DNA from: Cyanophora paradoxa CCMP329
Taxonomy: Eukaryota; Plantae; Glaucophyta
NCBI GenBank assembly: GCA_004431415.1
Contig: QPMI01000242.1
Location: 59,149-123,148, forward strand
Length of the DNA: 64,000 nt
Reading direction: 5' to 3'
Shown: positions 58,770 through 64,000 of the stretch, in pieces
Numbering within the stretch: position 1 is the stretch's first letter
Layout: each line of letters opens with the position of its first letter
The notes under the pieces: model-generated
Database searches by the model: none
What the model was told of the DNA's origin: nothing
Seen by the model: the letters and a program-made list of their open reading frames with translations, nothing else
Made by a program: the position numbers and the translations under genes

Positions 58770-59825
58770 GCCCCCGCACCCGCGCCCCCTCCCCGCCCGC
58801 CCCCCGACCCAACCTGGACCCCTGCCCCACCCCGTCCCCCGGCTCCCTTCTCTGCTGGTGCGCCAGCGCTAGCACCAGAACCCTCCCCACCCCCTCCCCC
58901 ACCCCACCCCCACCCCCCACCCACCCACCCCCTCGAGCTCCCACCCCCCTTTCCTCCGCGCCCATTGCGTGCACCCTCTACACGCCGACGTCGCGGACTC
59001 GCGCGCGGTTCCGCATCAACCAGCATCAGTGGTTCCCGTCCCCCCGGACTCCCGAGTCCCGGCCCGGCGGCCCGATCTCCAAAGTGAAACCCAAACTCAG
59101 CTTCCGTAGGCCCTGAGGGGTCCAAGTTAGAGCGCTCTGTGCAAAGAGTCTGCATTTCATGATCAATTGCAAAATTTGCATCTGTTCATCGCGATCGGTT
59201 GTGGGCAACTTGTTGCGCAACTTGCAGAGTACTAGTACTAGTCTTGCGCTAGTACTAGTACACGTAAACTGTCTTCGAATTCGAATTCGAACGGGAATCG
59301 GGATTTATATTACATATATGATTTCCCGAAGCTTAAGTTCCAAGCTTAATTAAGGTTTGCATGATGGCCCAGTTTGCAACGGCTGCATATGTGATCACGC
59401 GGTTGAGGCGAAAAAAATATAACTTCAGCAAGCTTACCGCGGCCGGGTACCGGTGAGTCGGTGACTCGGTGCGTTGGAACGTGCCACTCAGGCACTCAGC
59501 AATTGCATATGCATGCATGCGCGCGGGGCCGCCGGCGCCGCCCGGCCGCCGCCGCGCTCACTGGCAACTTTGGCAAGCCCCGGCGCGGGCCCCGGCCCTC
59601 TCGATCAGAGTCTGCTGAAGCTGCAGCTGCAGTGATCGTGAAGCAGCACTGCGGCAGCAGCAGTAGCAGGCTGCCAGCAGGCTGGCAGCAGCTGCATCTG
59701 GAGCAGCAGGCCCACAGGAGCAGCGCTAGCGGCGGCCGCAGCGGCGCGCGGGTATATCCTTCGGCGCAGTCAACGAGCCCGAGAGCTGGCCGCAGATGCA
59801 TGAGCCACGGTGAACGCGCGCGCAG

Positions 59826-61400
59826 CAAAATTTAAAATGAGCGGGGCGTTCGCGGCGTCCTGGCACACCGCCCCATCTCAGCGACTTGGAAACGCATGGC
59901 ACGCAATCGCCATTGACGCCGCAAAGCCCTTGCAGGTGCGGCGTGCATTGCTATCTCGCTCAGCAATTTTTCTCAGATCCCTCCAGCAGACTACTTCGAC
60001 GGCGCGGCCTTTTCCATGGACACCGCATGCAACTGCAGCTGTGGAGTCCTCTTCCTGCGATGATTTGTGCGTGGGCGGTGCAACGGGCGCGGCAGCGCGC
60101 TCCTCGCGCCACTTCGAGTTCAGCACGACGAACGCAAACGCGCTGGACTTGGAGCCGCAGCAAGGCTTCGACTTCATCGGCCCCCGCGGCTTCCTCGTCG
60201 CGAACTGCAAGCCCCACCAACATGTACACCCCGACGAGCGCGCCCCATCTGCACCCCGCCCATCTCTTTTCCTTCCTGCTCTCCCCGAGAGCCTCCCTCG
60301 GACCCCTGCCGGTGACCGCCCCTCCGCCCCCGTCGCCCTTGCGATTTGATTCTGCGGCAATGGGATTGATGCGGGGGGGCAGGGGGCGCGGGGGCGGGCC
60401 TCGGGCTGGCGTCGCTCTCCGTGGAGCTGGAGCGGGCGGTGGCGCGTGACGCGGGGCCCCTCGAGCCGGCCCGGAGCTCGCCCCGCAAGCGCCCCCGCCC
60501 CGACCGTCCGCCCCGCCCCCGCCCCCTGCACCCCCGCCAGCCACCCCGCGCGTGACGGCCGCGGCGTGCGCAGGGGCGGGCTCGCCGGGGCGGGGGACGG
60601 GGCCGGGGACGCCGCCCTCGCCGAGCTCGACGCCATCCTCCGCGGTCCGCGCCCGCGCACCCCGGGCCCCGCACCCCTCACCCCGCGTCCCTCCAGAGCC
60701 CGCAGACCCCTCCCCGCCGCCCCCTCTCACGCCTCCGCCGCGCGCCTTGGCCGGTGCGCTCTGCCCTCCGCCCGAGCGGCGGCGGCGGGCGATCGCGAGG
60801 CGGGTGCGCAGGGCGGGGGTGGCGGGAGCGAGAGGTCGCGGGGACGCCGGCGATTGCGCTGGCCGCCCTGCTGCTCGACGACAATGCCCCGGACCGCCCC
60901 GCCTCCCGCCTCCGCCTCTCCTTCCCCCGTACGCCTCGGCCCCGCCGCGCCCCGGCCGCCCCGCCCCGCCGGGCCGCGCGCTGACGCGCCCCGCGCAGGG
61001 CCGGCCACTGCGGTCGCGGTCGCGGGGAGCGCTGGGGCGGGCGCTGCCGTGCTGCCCGCGCCGTGCGCCACAGCGCAGGCCTCCTGCCCGAGTCCGCCCC
61101 GCGCCGCTGCGCCGCCCGCTCCGCCCCGCCGCGCGCCTGACGCGTGCCGGCAGGCGGCGGGGCGGCTGCCGGCGGGCCTCCAGCCCTCCTCGTGGGGGCC
61201 CCGCCTCGTCGCCCGCCGGTGCCTCCCGCCCCGCCCCGCCGCCCCCTCCCGCCCCGCGCCGGCTCACCCCGCCCCAGGCGCACTCCGCCCGGGGCCTCGA
61301 AGGGTACCCCGGCAGATCGCCGCTCCGGTCGGCCGCCCGGCGCCACTGCCCCCCGCCCGCCCCTTCTTGTCGCCGTCCGCCCCCGCCGGGTGCGCGCGCC
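59826..61400 (+). CDS. Spliced gene of unknown function
   Basis: Exons join as MSGAFAASW...KPLQ|IPPADYFD|AVESSSCDDLCVGG...GFDFIGPRGFLVANCKPHQH. 3' end uncertain. Confidence 0.5.
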
Positions 61401-62384
61401 CAGCCCCATCGCCCGAGCGTCCCGCCTCACGCGCTCCGCCCGCAGCACCTCTGCATTCTGTCGGGCCCCGCCTCCCGCCAGCCTATGTACTCCGCCAGCC
61501 GCCTGACTCTCCGTTCGAACGCCTGCGGACACGCCACTTTTTCCGTCATTTTTGGGGCTTTTCTTTGAAATCGGTTTCTTCCGATCCTGTGCCTGATACT
61601 TGTAATTTCTTGCTTTTACTACTTATAATTATGTACAGTTTTTTTTGTCTCCGTTTTCATCTCTGTATAACCTAGTGCCCTCATGGGTCTAGATATGTTT
61701 AGATTGATTTCTTCGAAGAAATCCAATGATCGTGAAGATAGAATGCGGTTTTCAGCACCTCTCCGTGCTCCGGACTTCGAATGTTTCATCCCGTCTTTGT
61801 CGTAGTGTGCTTTCATGTTTCCCCACCGCAGTCCCCGCGCAGTCCGCGCGCGCACGTTATCTTACTCTAATCATTGATTGAGATATCGATGCGCTGCGGG
61901 CCAGTCTGCGCGTGCGGCAAATGCTCTTACTTCGTGTCGAACTTAGTAATCGTAATCGCAGATCAAAAGCTAAGGCGTCGACGTCCTAATCATTGAATTA
62001 CTATCTTTAATTGCGATTGCATTTTGTATACGTATAAGTAATAGCTTCGATTCGAATTCGTACCGCTAAGTAGCAATTACGTAATAGTAGCCTATAGTAG
62101 TCACACTAAGTAGTGTCACCAGAAAGTGTCTCGTTCAATGATTGTCTTAGTCCGATGGTTACCAAGTAACAGCGATAGTCATAAATCGCCCCATTTGCCT
62201 CTCGCGCCGCTAGTCATGCGCTGTCGGCGAAGCCTGTCGCTCGCCTGGCCCAGTGGCTGTGAGGGCCTTCAAACCGCCGAGGCACACTCACTCAGTTATG
62301 ACTCAGTGATTCGCCGCCTAGGGCCTGTGCCGCCGGCTGGCGCGGCGCGGGGCGGCGCGGCGCGGCGCGGGGTGGGGCGGGGCG

Positions 62385-63945
62385 TCAGGGGAGGCTCCAG
62401 GGGGCGCGGCAGGCGGGGCAGAGCTGGTGGCGGACGACGGCCTGGCGGGCGTCAGCGGGCGTTAGCGGGCGGGCCGGCGGGCGGGGCCGGGCGCGCACGT
62501 GGGCGGCGCAGGCCCGGTGGAAGCGGGCTCCGCACCCCTCGCGGTGCTCGTACGGGCGCATCCCGCGGTTCACGTTCGCCCCCGCCCGCCCCTCCTCCAG
62601 CGGGCCCTGCCCGGCCGGGGCCCGCGTCAGCCCCGCCCGCCCCGCGGCCCGGCCCGCGCGGCGCACCCGGCAGACGCCGCAGCGCTCCTCGGCCTCGCCG
62701 TCCGAGGCGGCGCGGCGCCCCCGAGCTCCGCCGGCGCCGACGCCCGGCCCCGTCGCGGGTACCGCGGCGGCGTCCCGTGCCGCGCCCCGCCGGGCAGGGG
62801 CGAGGCGGTGAGCGGGAGGGGCCAGGGAGCGGCGCGGGGCTGGCGGGACGGGCCTCCGGGTGGCGGGCCCGGGGAGAGGAGGCGCGGGGGCGGGCCGAGG
62901 TCGGGTGCGGGCGGGGCGTGTAGGGGAGCTCCACGGGGGAGGCCGCCCCGACGTCCCCCCCGCGCCGCACGATGCCCCCGCCCCCGGCCCGCGAGCCGTC
63001 CCCGCCCCCACGAAGAGCGCCGCGTTCGCCGCCGCCTCCCGCAGCAGCTCCTCCAGCCGCCCCGCCCCCAGCTCCCCGGCCCCGCTCCCCGGCACCCCCG
63101 CCCGCCCGGCCCGGGGCGGGGCGCGGGGCGTCGTGCGGGGCGGAACCGGGGGGCGGAGGCGGCGCTCGAGGGCGGCGAGGCGGAGGGCGGCGTCGCGGGC
63201 GGCCGCCTCGCCCGCCGCGGCCCGCTGCGCGGCGGCCCGGTAGGCGGCCGCCAGCCGCCCGTTGGCCGCCTCCAGGCGCCGCACGAGGGCGGCGAGGGCG
63301 GGCGCCGCCGCCTCCCCGCCGGCAGCGCCACCCGCTCCTCGCGCGGCGGCGGCGCCACCCGCGCCCGCCCGCCCGCCACTCGGCCTCCTCCTCGGGCAGC
63401 GAGTGGAGGGTCACCTGCGGGGCGCTCAGGGCCGGCGGGGCGGGGCAGCGCGGGGCGGCGCGCACGGGGCCCTCGCGGCCTTCTCGGGCGGCGCGGGGCT
63501 CCCGGGGGCGCTCTCGGGGGCGAGGGCGGGAGCGGGGGCGCGGAGCGGCGGGCGGTGCGGCGGCGGGCGCCGTCGGGGCGGAGCGGAAGGAGTCGGAGGG
63601 GCGGGGGTGCGGCGGGGCGGGGCCGGGGCGGAGGGAGCGGGCGGAGAGGGAGCGGTGGGGGCGGGGCGTCGGGGCGAGGGCGAGGAGGTGCGCCTCGAAG
63701 CGGTTGTAGAGGGCGTCCAGCGGGGAGGGCGGCCCGCCAGCGCTCCCCGGGACGGCCACCGGGGGGAAGAGCACCTCCGCCACGTACCGCTCCGCCGCCC
63801 CCTGCCCCGCCCCGCCCTCGGCCGGGGCGGTGGCGGGGGCAGGGGCTGCGGGGCGGGCGCACGGGGGAGGAGAAGGGGCGGCAGGAGGCGGCGAGGAAGA
63901 TGCCGCCCTCCTCCCGCCCGAAGGGGTCCACCACCGCCACCAGGC
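62385..63945 (-). CDS. RING-finger protein; 5' end lies beyond the window
   Basis: C-terminal CGVC...CGARFHRACAAH|..CPACRAPW preceded by a coiled-coil segment. Confidence 0.75.
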
Positions 63946-64000
63946 CCCGCCCTGCCCGCCCCCGTCGGCCCCCGGGCCGGCCGGGGCGGGGCGGCGCAGG

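Overview
This is GC-rich eukaryotic nuclear DNA with dense, short (~45-60 nt) spliceosomal introns. Most of the Arg/Gly/Pro-rich ORFs in the supplied track are artefacts. An N-terminal MAFV transit peptide suggests a glaucophyte (Cyanophora-like) or red-algal host; this is inference. Recognisable spliced genes: plastid-targeted HtpX/M48 protease, MOV10/SDE3-type RNA helicase, acylated TPR protein, CH-domain coiled-coil protein, METTL2/6 tRNA m3C methyltransferase, an eIF4E-like/MUT-7(EXD3) exonuclease fusion, membrane-anchored GH16 glucanase, a BRCT-Myb-RCT Rap1-like protein, TspO and a RING protein. A 12.2-kb nested transposon (41159-53312) is a ~0.5-kb hAT-like element holding an APE-RT-RNase H LINE and a non-autonomous LTR element, each with its own target-site duplication. 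Main findings: (1) comparing repeat copies shows a recurring, clustered mutation that turns a 2-4 bp word X into X-revcomp(X)-X, which would explain the palindromic stutter of the non-coding DNA; (2) GC-AG introns are roughly as common as GT-AG in the best-resolved gene; (3) the cap-binding/exonuclease fusion; (4) a Rap1-like gene in an apparent archaeplastid. All alignments and gene models were made by eye, so exon boundaries are approximate unless stated.
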